64,000 bases of DNA, taken from the NCBI GenBank assembly GCA_951406725.2, contig OX597839.1:39680001-39744000 (forward strand), written 5' to 3'. The notes under the pieces were generated by a model. It ran no database searches. It was not told the DNA's origin and worked only from the letters and a program-made list of their open reading frames with translations. Origin of the DNA: Octopus vulgaris (Eukaryota). The translations under genes were made by a program, and so were the position numbers. Of the stretch, positions 51,311 through 64,000 are shown piece by piece (position 1 is the stretch's first letter; every line of letters begins with the position of its first letter).

Positions 51311-51825
51311 GTAAAACGATTTCTGTTCAATCTGCGTTCAGCTCCATTTCTTCAATTCACCAATAATGTTTTAATTTCAATTATCCGCACCAACGCACGG
51401 TTGCAACACCATATGGTTGTACCTCCAACCGTGCTGTTTACTGCTGTGATTTTTGCTACCAAGGTATCGGTTAAACTTTTGATTAATCTACTACAAGATT
51501 ATTCATCTTTCTATTTCACATTATATATATATATATATATAATACATGTAACATATAAATACATAATATATATAAAACAATTATATATCAACGAACGGCA
51601 GGAATGGGCGTCGCTGTGTTTACACCCGTGGGAAGTAGTTTACAGCTGACGCGTAGCAGTTCGTATGGGACCGTATTGTCTAACGGGACACTGGTTCGAT
51701 ACTAGCGCCAGGTTGTCTTCGTTCACAACAGTATTCACACAGCAATTCTCCCATATCATCTTCTTCTCTCTCTCTCTCTTCCACCAGCATCAAGATTCTC
51801 TATTATCTACAGCTACCTACTTACC

Positions 51826-51881
<56 letters not shown>

Positions 51882-51939
51882 CGTGTACCAATGTATATAT
51901 AAATGAATATATGTTTATATGCATATATATATATATGTG

Positions 51940-51971
<32 letters not shown>

Positions 51972-52046
51972 TATTTATACACACACATGCGCTACTCACA
52001 TCTTTGCTTTAACATTTCCTTCATATTCTCTGTGTGTGTGTGTGTG

Positions 52047-52111
<65 letters not shown>

Positions 52112-52229
52112 GTACATTAATTCACAGATTTGTTTTCTTGTGATTTACTTTACATGTACTTCTCATTGTTCTGGCCTTACCCACGATCTTTTATACAATA
52201 TATATATATACATACATACATATATATAT

Positions 52230-52308
<79 letters not shown>

Positions 52309-52679
52309 TGTAGGTATGTATGTATGTATGTATGTATGTATGTATGTATGTATGTATGTGTGTATGTATGTATGTATGTATAGACAGATAGATAAATAGA
52401 TTGATAGATAGATGAACTGGCAGTAGATAAATGTAACTTGAGATGGTCTGCAAAGGAAACGTTGTAAATTCCCTCCCCTTGTCACCGTAGATGAAATAAT
52501 ACAAAAAAAATACTGATTTATTTATTACAAAAGCAGAGAGGAAGGTCAAACGTCTGAGAGAATGTACAAAAAAAAACAGTGTGTGTGTGTGGGTGGGGGC
52601 GATATTCTGAAAGGACTGGGAAGTATTAAAGAACAACAACAAAAAAAAAAACAAATGTGGAAACTAATACATACGTAGT

Positions 52680-52844
52680 CGTAGGTATGGCTGCGTAGGA
52701 AGAAGCTTGCTTCCCAAACCCCATGGTTCCAGGTTCGGTCTCATTGCGTGGAACCTTTGGTCAAGTGTCTACTCCAATGGCATCGGGCTGGCCAAATCAC
52801 TGTGAGTGGATTTGGCAGACGGAAACTGAAAGAAGCTAATAAAA

Positions 52845-52875
<31 letters not shown>

Positions 52876-53095
52876 TATACAAAATAAGAAAATGGAGAAA
52901 TACATCGAAATCAAATATCAATTACCGGATAATACTCAATCAAATACTTTATTAAACCACCACATAAGAAACTATAAGGTTAAACATAATAATGCAGGGT
53001 AAAACAGGGTATTAACTTTGTTGGGTACCTCACTAGCAGTATATTGGATATATATTATCCCATGGTGGGTTGCATTTACAACCCCTATCTCAATT

Positions 53096-53162
<67 letters not shown>

Positions 53163-53366
53163 ATATGTCTTTATCTCTGTGTGTTTTCCCTACCTCCGCT
53201 TCACAACCGGCGTTGATGTGTTTACGTCCCTGTAACCTAGTGGTTCGGCAAAGCAGACTGATAGAATAGTTACGAAACTTTCAAAAATGATAAGTACTTT
53301 GGCTGATTAAAAATTCTTGAAGGCGGTGCCCTAGCCTGGCCGCTGTCTAATGAGTGAAACAAGTAG
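52680..53366 (+). mobile_element. SINE family B interrupted in its internal (TA)n by a ~220-bp insert (52880-53098)
   Basis: B head 52680-52836, (TA)n, unrelated insert, (TA)n, B tail 53160-53366. Confidence 0.75.
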
Positions 53367-53720
53367 ACGATAACGAATATACACACAGAGGCATATGTCA
53401 CACGCGAGGGTATATATCTATATACATGTATATTTTGCGGCATTTCTTCCGGTCCTTTGCTTTCTGAGTTCAAATACCACCGAGGTCACCTTTCCTTCTT
53501 GGTTAGCTAAAATCAAGTACCAGTCAACGGCTGGGCAATTCGATGTAATCGACGGATCCCCGCTCCCTCTAAAATTGTCGGACCTTGTACTCAAATTAGG
53601 ATTATTGCGCTCAAATACAATCTCTGTTACCATATATACTAGACAGGAATTTAGAGAAATTGGTAAGGGCTTGTTTTGGAAATATAAGAGCTTGCTTAGT
53701 CTTTTCAACTTTACTTGCTC

Positions 53721-53754
<34 letters not shown>

Positions 53755-53755
<1 letters not shown>

Positions 53756-53955
53756 CGCCATGATAGATCGTTAGCCCCTACACACATTTTTTTTCTCTCC
53801 TTGTTTTTTTTCTGTGTATCTTTCTGTCGAAGAGCGTAGGCTAGAAACGTAAAAGACTTGTTCTATTTCTATTCCTGAGCACCATACTAATACATTTGTT
53901 TGTTTGTACTCCACCTGCCTTCGTCTTTTGTTTATTTTCGTAAACCTTCCCGTTA
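53755..53955 (+). mobile_element. (TA)n-flanked hammerhead-like element, related subfamily
   Basis: TCTTT-CTGTCGA-A-GAGC(gtag)GCTA-GAAAC-GTA-AAAGA at 53819-53856; shares TTCCTGAGC with the 494-709 family. Confidence 0.65.
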
Positions 53956-53974
53956 TATATATATTTATGTCCAT

Positions 53975-54313
53975 CTAGAGTAAGGACCAAGTTCTGTAAC
54001 AGCTTAGGTTTCGAGAGCCCACAACTTTTCAACCCTCTACCGAACAACCTAAGAGATCTGCAAGGTGCTAATATAGGGTGTTTTTAAAGAACATTTAAAT
54101 AACATTTTTATCCGAGATACCAGATGGGCCCACATCGCGGCAGGAAACACAGAGAAGAGCAGCTCTGACCAACTTGCTACTTCATCAGAAACAATTCCGG
54201 AAAAAAAGCTGAGAAGTAAATCTCTTTACTCTTTTACCGAACCGCTAAGTAACGGGGACGTAAACGCACCAGCATCGGTTGTCAAGCAATGCTAGAGGGA
54301 CAAACACAGACAA

Positions 54314-54378
<65 letters not shown>

Positions 54379-54630
54379 CATATATACGACAGGCTTCTTT
54401 CAGTTTCTGTCTACCAAATCCACTCACAAGGTCCGAGGCTATAGTAGAAGACACTTGCCCAAGATGCCACACAGTGGGACTGAAGCCGGAACCATGTGGT
54501 TGGTAAGCAAGCTACTTACCACACAGCCACTTCTGCGCCTATATATGTGAAAAAAAAAAAATTAAAAGCTAATCACACTGAAGGCAGTGCCCCAGCATGG
54601 CCTCAACTGGCCGAAACCAGTAAAAGGAAA
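53975..54630 (+). mobile_element. CR1/L2-group LINE 3' end interrupted by a minus-strand SINE B (54222-54540)
   Basis: CNSLGFESPQLFNPLPNNLRDLQG...EIPDGPTSRQETQRRAA; tail GGCAGTGCCCCAGCATGGCC resumes at ~54582. Confidence 0.75.
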
Positions 54631-54744
54631 ACAATAAAGACGCACATTTATTTTTATATGCATTTATGTACTTATATGTGTGCGTGTGACTTATTCCTAC
54701 ACACGTATATATGTATCAGGTACACACATTCTTTTCTTCTTTTC

Positions 54745-54956
54745 TTTGTTTCAATCATTTGACTGCGGCCATGCTGGAGCGCTGCCTTGAAGAGTTTTTA
54801 GTCGAAGAAATCGACCCCAGGACTTATCCTTTGTAAGCCTAGTACTTATTCTATCGTGTCTCTTTTGCCGAACCGCTAAATTACAAGAATGTGAAGACAC
54901 CAGCATCGGTTGTCAAGCGATGGTTGGGTGACAAATACACACACACGCACACACAG

Positions 54957-54988
<32 letters not shown>

Positions 54989-55380
54989 GACAGGCTTCTT
55001 TCAGTTTCCGACTACGAAATCCGTTCACAAAGTTTTGGTCGGCCCGACGCTATAGTAGAAGACACTTGCCCAAAGTGCTACGGAGTGGAACTGAACTCAG
55101 AACCATGTGGTTGGGAAGCAAGATTCTTACCACACGGCCACGCCTATGTATACATATATGTACATATATATTCATATATGCACATATACATTTATTCATA
55201 CAAATATATATATATATACATACATACGACAGGCTTCCTTCAGTTTCCGTCTACCAAATCCACTCACAAGGCTTTGGTCGGCCCGAGGCTATGGCAAAAG
55301 ACACTTGCCCAAGGTGCCACGCAGTGAGACTGAACCCGGAACCATGTGGTTGAGAAGCAAGTTTCTTACTACACAGTCAC
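54745..55380 (-). mobile_element. Two SINE family B copies (54745-55146 and 55226-55380)
   Basis: Reverse-complement matches to family B. Confidence 0.85.
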
Positions 55381-55699
55381 ACACAATTTTCAAGAATTGT
55401 TGTTAATAACATCCTACGTCCCATTGAAGCCAGAAATGAAATCGCCCAATTTCATTATAACTGTGTGGGTGGGGTCACACTATTTTATGTTTTTTTCATT
55501 TCTTTTTGTATTCTGAATTTACAAAACTTTCGTATTCTCCTTTTCAACCAATCAACTTTCTGAAAGCAGAAGAACAATAATAAGAGTAATCATTATTCTT
55601 CCTACTTTTCCAAATTTTGATGCCATTACATCCACTGCTTGTTTCATAGCTGTTTTTCTCATCTACGAACCACACAAAAAAACAAAGCAAATTTCCATT

Positions 55700-55954
55700 A
55701 TGGGTAACGCCTGCTCCTTCGCTATTTGCCATTCGCTAGAAGAGAAACCAATAGTGAAACCACTATTCACTTTTCCTTATCTTCGGCCACACAAAGGTCA
55801 TCTGACCGTCACACCTGAGGAGACACGAAGAATTCTACAGAAATACGACGAAACAATGCGTAGGTCTTCATTGTCCCCTGCGCCAAGTCGCGACGACGTG
55901 CGCAATCACGTTAATACTTTCGAAACCAGTGATTGTCGACAACTAACGGAGTAG
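55700..55954 (+). CDS. Candidate 84-aa small protein with MGNACS (myristoylation/palmitoylation-type) N-terminus; family not recognised
   Basis: True ATG in a Kozak-type context (ATTATGG), complex non-repetitive sequence, locally higher GC and CpG than the flanks, AATAAA at 56387-56392, inside a repeat-poor island. Confidence 0.45.
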   Translation: MGNACSFAICHSLEEKPIVKPLFTFPYLRPHKGHLTVTPEETRRILQKYDETMRRSSLSPAPSRDDVRNHVNTFETSDCRQLTE

Positions 55955-56987
55955 AACGACTGATGTTTGTATTCCTTTCGTTTCTTCTTCCACTCCATTT
56001 CGGACTGATTGAGGCGTGTTCCTAGCTTTCATAACTTTTGTCAAACCGTATGTTCTGTGTATATTTTCTGTATAACTTTAACGTTGTAATAATACATGAA
56101 ACGATATTTTGAGGTTGGCCATGGCTGGACATATTTATTTCGACCGATGTCTTAATATTAGTAAATTGAGGAAACTTCACAAAAATTAACTTAAAGCAAC
56201 AAAACGAATGAATACAAAATGGTTACAGGGACAGTTTGAAATATGAATCGCCATTGTTTATCCTCTCGCACGTGAATTTTTCTTTTAGTAGAGAATGTGG
56301 TCTAAACTTGTATATAGTTCTCCGTAGGAATTGAAACTTCAACCTCAATGTTTTCATTTTGTCTTTTTAGAATACAATTGTGTTGTAATAAAATCCATTT
56401 TTAACGTTTTACTTAATCTCTTTGTTGTGTTAAACTCACCCCACCACCACCACCACAGGTTGCTAAAAGCCTCATAAATGAAAAATCAATTTTACTGGTC
56501 AGGATTTTTTTTTATTTTCCCTTTCTATCGTGTTGGTTGTGTGGTTGAGATGCTCGCTTTCCAATCACATGGTTTCGGGTTCAATTATAAATTGCATATT
56601 GCTGTTTTTTTTTCTTTTGTCAGAGTAATGCATTTCCCGTTGTTAAATTTAATTCTTTAATAAAACGACACAGAACTTCAAATGTACTAAACATTCGTAC
56701 TGGATTTCCAGCTAAACTCGCTCATTTTCCTTTCTGTTTTCTACTTGGTATTCCATCATACATGTGAAAAGAGGTAAAATTTCAAAACTGACAAGTGAAA
56801 GTTAATAGACGAATAGCGCTACAGTAAACAAAAATATCCATAAAATACGATAAAAACTGGGTTAATTCAAATAACCATTGGAAAGAATTAAAATTCACTG
56901 AGTTAGTTGGAGGGGAGGACGAACGAATTTATCTGACCACCATTCGTTTGTTGCTCGTTGCATTTGTATTGCTTTTTAAATGTTGTA

Positions 56988-57006
56988 TACGTCATAAGAT
57001 GGCGGC
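56988..57006 (+). promoter_or_regulatory. CRE-like (TACGTCA) plus YY1-type (AAGATGGCGGC) motif pair
   Basis: Exact motif matches adjacent to each other in unique sequence; function not shown. Confidence 0.3.
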
Positions 57007-58170
57007 ATATTTATCTTTTCAAAAGCTGTATACCGGAATGGATGAATAAACTTTCTATAGCATTGATTAAAGACTAAAAGCTCCGTAATAGAAAAGCAGC
57101 TATGGAAAGAAAGGTTAACTTCGTATTATTGCAGAGTTTAAAGCAATGTAATGGACGTAGAATATTTGCAGCGGAATTCTAAAAGCAATGTTTAAAAACA
57201 AAAAAATAAATTCCATGGAGCGAACTCTGGCTTCTGTGCTACAAATGTTTACCGGAAGGTTCTTGAGGTCGTTTTTAAAACATTTAAGATCGTCTTTTCT
57301 ATTTAGCCGTCATGACCATACCAAGGCACCATTTTCTTTTTATTGCTGATTTTTAAAAATAGCTTGGTTATAAGGAAAAAAAAAGGGGGGGCGGAGATCT
57401 AGTACTGATGGCGATAGGTTCGACTAAAATTATCCAGTACGGTGCTCCAACATGATTTTTTATTACCCACAATGGGACGGGGACACACACAACCCCGCCC
57501 CCCCAAAAAACCATAAGCGCATGATAAAGATGAAAAGGGGGTAAAATGAGTAATGAAAGCGATGTTAACCGACCCCTCGGTCAACAATCACTTACTTGGC
57601 CCCTTACCTAATCGAATCAAACTCTACATAGTCCCCTAATATTACCCCGTAACATCTAAGTTCCTTTCCCTTTTTCCTGTCTAATCTCCCATATATCAAT
57701 ACGTAAACGTTCTAAGTTCATCCAGTTGGCATTTAGATAGTACCACCTCCATATCCCCACCCCAGTTCTCTGGCAATTCAGCCTTTCCCCAGACTTGCAT
57801 TATTTGAAATAAATTTTCAACGGTGCCCCAACATGGCCGCAGTCTGACTCGAAAGATTTATTATTAAAGCAGTGAGCTGACTATTATTAACGTGTCGGAC
57901 AAAATGCTTATCGGCTTTCATTCCGGCTCTTTACCCTCTGAGTTCAAAAGGAATTTCTCTAGGGGCTGATAAAATAAGTCCCAGCTAAACACTGGGGTCT
58001 CCTCCCCTAGAAATTCAGGCCATCTGCCCACTGTAGATAGGATTATCAGGGCGGCTGGCAAACAGACGCGTTACTGCGTCGGAAAAAAATTATTAGCGAA
58101 ATTTCTACGTTCTGAGTTCAAATTCTGCCGAGGTCGACAAAATAGATTATTACTCGAGTGGCTATGGTCG

Positions 58171-58371
58171 ATGTGAGTGTTTATTGAGCGAAAACACCTA
58201 AAGCTCCACGAGGCTCCGGCAGGGTGTGGTGGTGATCCCTGCTTTACTCTTTCACCACAACTTTCTCTCACTCTTACTTCCTGTTTCTGCTGTACCTGTA
58301 TTTCACGAGCAGGCTGTTCCGTTGATTCGGATCAACCGGAACCCTCATCGTCGTAACCGACGGAGTGCTTC
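58171..58371 (+). mobile_element. SINE family A, 5'-truncated and internally deleted, among diverged family C copies (57865-58610)
   Basis: Deletion junction at CCTGTATTTCACGAGC (microhomology ATTTCA). Confidence 0.8.
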
Positions 58372-58931
58372 AAAGAAAAAATGGTCGATGTAATCGAATT
58401 ACTCCCCATCCCCTAAAATTTGCTGGTTTTTTTTTTGCCCAAACTAATCTTATTAAGCAGAGAGCTGACAGAACCATTAACCCGTCGAATAAAATGCTTA
58501 GTGACATTATTTTCCCGGCATTTTATGTTCTGAGTTCAAATAGTCCTGTGGTCAACATTGCTCTTCATCCTTCCATGGGAGATAAAGTAACATTTGAACA
58601 TTGGGATCAACATCCTCGACTCATATACACACACATTCGCACTGAATAGCCAGCTGGAGGAAGCGTCCTCCTGGGGTTAAAATAGTAGTATCGTCTGTTC
58701 TTAAAAGACACCTACGTTCAAGTGGCGATTAACATTACTTATGTAGGATGACCTTCCTCTGTCTATCAAATTCTCTCAAAGCGTCGGCGCTATAACTAGA
58801 AGTCACATCGCCAAGGTGACGCGCGGTGGGACTGAAACCGAAAACAGGTGGTTGCAATGCGACCTTCTTAACCACAGAGCCATGCCTCAATAGAGTATAA
58901 AGTCATTTCTCCAGAATAATGTGAAACAACA

Positions 58932-58980
<49 letters not shown>

Positions 58981-59047
58981 TACGAAGACACATATAAACA
59001 CATCTATATACACATGCATATTTATACAAACAGGCGTACCCCCATGC

Positions 59048-59089
<42 letters not shown>

Positions 59090-60054
59090 GTGTATATGTG
59101 TATATATACATGTACAGTATATAAATATGCGTACATATATCTATAAACACATACTTAGAGACATAACCACGCAAATATATGCATTCAGTTGCGTATACAT
59201 GCTTACACGCTCCTAGATAGACTTGCATAGTTATACATATGTCTTATGTATGTGTTTGTGTGTATGTGTGTGCATGTGTTTGTGAGTGTGTATAAATATA
59301 TATATTTCTAAACAAATCTACATATATATATTTATATATATATAACACACATGAACAGATGTGGATATATAAACACACATACGCCGCTTCCTTTTGTATA
59401 TTTTTTATTGTTAGCTATTTTCGGTTTGTTATATTCCTCGATCCATTCATATGTACTCACACACCCAGAAATAGGCACAGAGAGATAGAGATAGAGAGAG
59501 AGAGAGAAGGAGAGATAATTTCATCCTCATAATCTCACTCACTCTGTTGTCCCCTCTTCGTTACTTCCTCTCTCGACATTTTCTGTAAGACGCGAATATA
59601 GTTGAATATTACCACGGTATATTAACATCTATCTATCTACCTATCTATCTATCTATCTATCTATCTACTTTCTATGTGTGTGTGTGTGTAGTTAGTTTTG
59701 AATAGAAGAAAATGTCTCAAAGACACCCAACATAGAATAACGATTCTTCTGTGAATGTTACCAATTTTAGAATACACAGTTATTTCAATATTCGAAATTA
59801 AAAGCTATCTTTATGGATTGGCACACACACATATATATATATATAACGTACTTTATATATATTTATATATATAGTACGTGTATCAATATGTATATATGTG
59901 TATGTACATATGGAGAAATGTTTATATATATATATATAGCGGTGACATTAACATAGATTTCTCTATGTGGTGCTTTCCATCATGCGTGTGTGTGCGCCGG
60001 TGTGTACGGATTTGGAAAATTCCTGATTGACAAAATCTAAGTATACGTGTGTAA

Positions 60055-60670
60055 GGTGGCGAAGTGAGAGAATTGTTAGCTCGCCGGACAAAATGCTTAG
60101 CGGCATTTCTCCCGAATTTACGTCCTGAGTTCAAATTCTGCCGAGGTTGACTTTGCCCTTCATCCATTCGGGGTCGATAAATTAAGTACCAGTGAAACAC
60201 TGGGATTGATGTAATCGACTCTCTTTACTCTCTTACTTGTTTCAGTCATTTGACTGCGGCCATGCTGGAGCACCGCCTTTAGTCGAGCAAATCGACCCCG
60301 GGACTTATTCTTTGTAAGCCCAGTACTTATTCTATCGGTCTCTTTTTGCCGAACCGCTAAGTGACGGGGACGTAAACACACCAGCATCAGTTGTCAAGCA
60401 ATGCTAGGGGGACAAACAGACACACAAACACACACATACATACATATATATATATACATATATACGACAGGCTTCTTTCAGTTTCCGTCTACCAAATCCA
60501 CTCACAAGGCATTGGTCGGCCCGGGGCTATAGCAGAAGACACTTGCCCAAGATGCCACGCAGTGGGACTGAACCCGGAACCATGTGGTTGGTTAGCAAGT
60601 TACTTACCACACAGCCACTCCTGCGCCTATTCCCTTCCCCTGAAATTGCTTGCCTTGTGCTAAAATTTCA
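60055..60670 (+). mobile_element. SINE family C interrupted by a full-length minus-strand SINE B (60221-60629)
   Basis: The C body stops at GTAATCGACT and resumes at TCCCTTCCCCTGAAATT. Confidence 0.85.
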
Positions 60671-60673
60671 AAT

Positions 60674-60730
<57 letters not shown>

Positions 60731-60733
<3 letters not shown>

Positions 60734-61065
60734 GACCCCCTTCGGTCCTGACTGACCATGGGATTGCACCTAGAATGTTACCCTTCCAGTCACAAGTCCG
60801 GTCAAGGTTGTCTATGGAAGGCCATCAGTTGCCCATGCATATCAGCCTCCCCTCCTTTCCATACCACTGATGTTATCCAAGGGAAAGTCAAAGGCCAATA
60901 CATCTTGGCTCACCTTCGCAACTCATTTCTACAGCTGAGTGAACTGGAGCAACGTGAAATAAAGTGTCTTGCTCAAGAACACAACACGCATCCCGGTCCG
61001 GGAATCGAACTCACAACCTCACGATCGTAAACTCGACGCTCTAACCACTGGGCCATGCGCCTTCA
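60731..61065 (-). mobile_element. tRNA-derived SINE family D
   Basis: Head TGAAGGCGCATGGCCCAGTGGTTAGAGCG...GAGTTCGATTCCC, body GTTCTTGAGCAAGACACTTTATTTCAC; related copies at 2577-2780 and ~41870-42045. Confidence 0.8.
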
Positions 61066-61079
61066 TACACACACACACA

Positions 61080-61081
61080 CA

Positions 61082-61159
<78 letters not shown>

Positions 61160-61188
61160 CCGACCTACCTACCTACCTACCTATCTAC

Positions 61189-61223
<35 letters not shown>

Positions 61224-61236
61224 CCGACCTACCTAC

Positions 61237-61275
<39 letters not shown>

Positions 61276-61460
61276 CCTACCTACCTACCTACCTACCTAC
61301 CTACCTATCTACCTATCTATCTATCTATCTGTCTCTCTGTCTGACTGCTTGCCTGTCTGTCCCTCTGTCGACCCATCTATCCATCTCTCTGCCTGACTGT
61401 CTGCCTGTCTATCTATCTATCTATCCATCCGTCCACCTGCCTGTCTTTCTGTCTGTCTAC
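61080..61460. repeat. (TCTA)n/(CCTA)n/(TCTG)n microsatellite
   Basis: Direct inspection. Confidence 0.95.
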
Positions 61461-61699
61461 AAATAACGGTGGAAGGATGAAATGTGGAATCACTGGCAAC
61501 GTTCTCTTTGTAAAAATTTAAACAAACTTGTTCTTTTCTAAAAGCATAGAGGAATCTTTTGCTTTCATGTTAAATCGTACTTACATATCAACATAGCACA
61601 AAAAAACAAACACACACACACGCGCATACGAAGAGAATGAGAGACTGTATATGTACATATACATACGACTCACAACACACACACACATATACACAGCTG

Positions 61700-61995
61700 C
61701 ACCATTTATTAGGTAACCTGAGTTCAACTTGCATTGCGTTTTCTCGCCAGGTACGAAGAACATCAAAGTGTTTAACAAAGCGGTAAAAACCAATCAGTGC
61801 ATTTGGTAGTAGTTCCTATGAAATATCCTGGAACAGTAAGCACTCGAGTAAAGATCTAAAGAAATATGTGCACCGAGAAGTTGTAATCGTCACCCTTTTA
61901 TACGGATTCTTGTCGTTGGTTTATTACCGTTGTTTACGATTACTCGAATACTTCCGGCAGCACTGCAACACCCTTCTCGACATCCATTGATGCAA
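61700..61995 (+). mobile_element. RTE-clade LINE reverse-transcriptase C-terminal remnant
   Basis: SAFGSSSYEISWNSKHSSKDLKKYVHREVVIVTLLYG.../YYRCLRLLEYFRQHCNTLLDIH matches the RTE pattern AFG.L...W...TK..VY.AVV..TLLYG.E.W...LERFHQRCLR.IL.I.W. Confidence 0.75.
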
Positions 61996-62096
61996 CATTT
62001 TTTTATATACACGTTTCTGAGTTTAGTCCCACTGCTTGGCAGCCTGGGTAACTGTCTTCTGCAATTGCTTTAGTTCGACGAAAATCTTGTGAGTGG

Positions 62097-63660
<1,564 letters not shown>

Positions 63661-63752
63661 TTATGGTTGTCGTTTTGATAAATAAATAAGTCAACATTTT
63701 AATATCCTAAAGTTCATGAACCAACTAATGTGCTTCTCCATTTTCGTATTTG

Positions 63753-63786
<34 letters not shown>

Positions 63787-64000
63787 TACTTTTAGATTTT
63801 GATTCAATAGCACTGTGTACAAACTATATACTTGGAATGTCCAATTTTAAATACTATTGGATTTTACTCACAAGGCATTGGAATCTTATATATATGCTAT
63901 TCTGCCTAAATAATGGATCTACCAATGCAATATTCCTACATATCTCGCATATTTTCATTCCTCCACTTCACTCTATATTTCGTATCTTATCTAAATTAAC

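Noticed and set aside
51645-51712. tRNA-like sequence with B box GGTTCGATAC (also 5630-5690 and all SINE heads)
   Set aside because: No convincing cloverleaf; treated as SINE-derived or decayed rather than functional tRNA genes

Overview
AT-rich eukaryotic, animal-type DNA, most likely a coleoid cephalopod such as Octopus. That assignment is an inference from the extreme (TA)n/(CA)n/(TAGA)n/(TAG)n density and the tRNA-derived SINE families, and was not checked against a database. Almost all ORFs in the track are microsatellite or SINE artefacts. The window is mostly mobile-element material: at least five SINE families (working labels A-E), 3' remnants of CR1/L2-group and RTE LINEs, Penelope-like remnants, short (TA)n-embedded elements carrying hammerhead-ribozyme-like motifs and fold-backs, two non-autonomous Helitrons, and Tc1/mariner and hAT ends. 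There are three credible protein-coding candidates. (1) An uninterrupted 766-aa low-complexity ORF (47433->45133, minus strand) that starts MGSLPSRLFRRKR and contains about 24 (AT)APTVRAVA repeats. (2) A divergently oriented 84-aa ORF (55700-55954) that starts MGNACS. (3) A probable signal-peptide first coding exon (14710->14657, minus strand). The most unusual structures are SINE insertions with about 213-bp and 120-bp flanking duplications, SINE multimers with a recurrent junction, a perfect 118-bp palindrome, and two orphan ORFs that both carry N-myristoylation-type N-termini.
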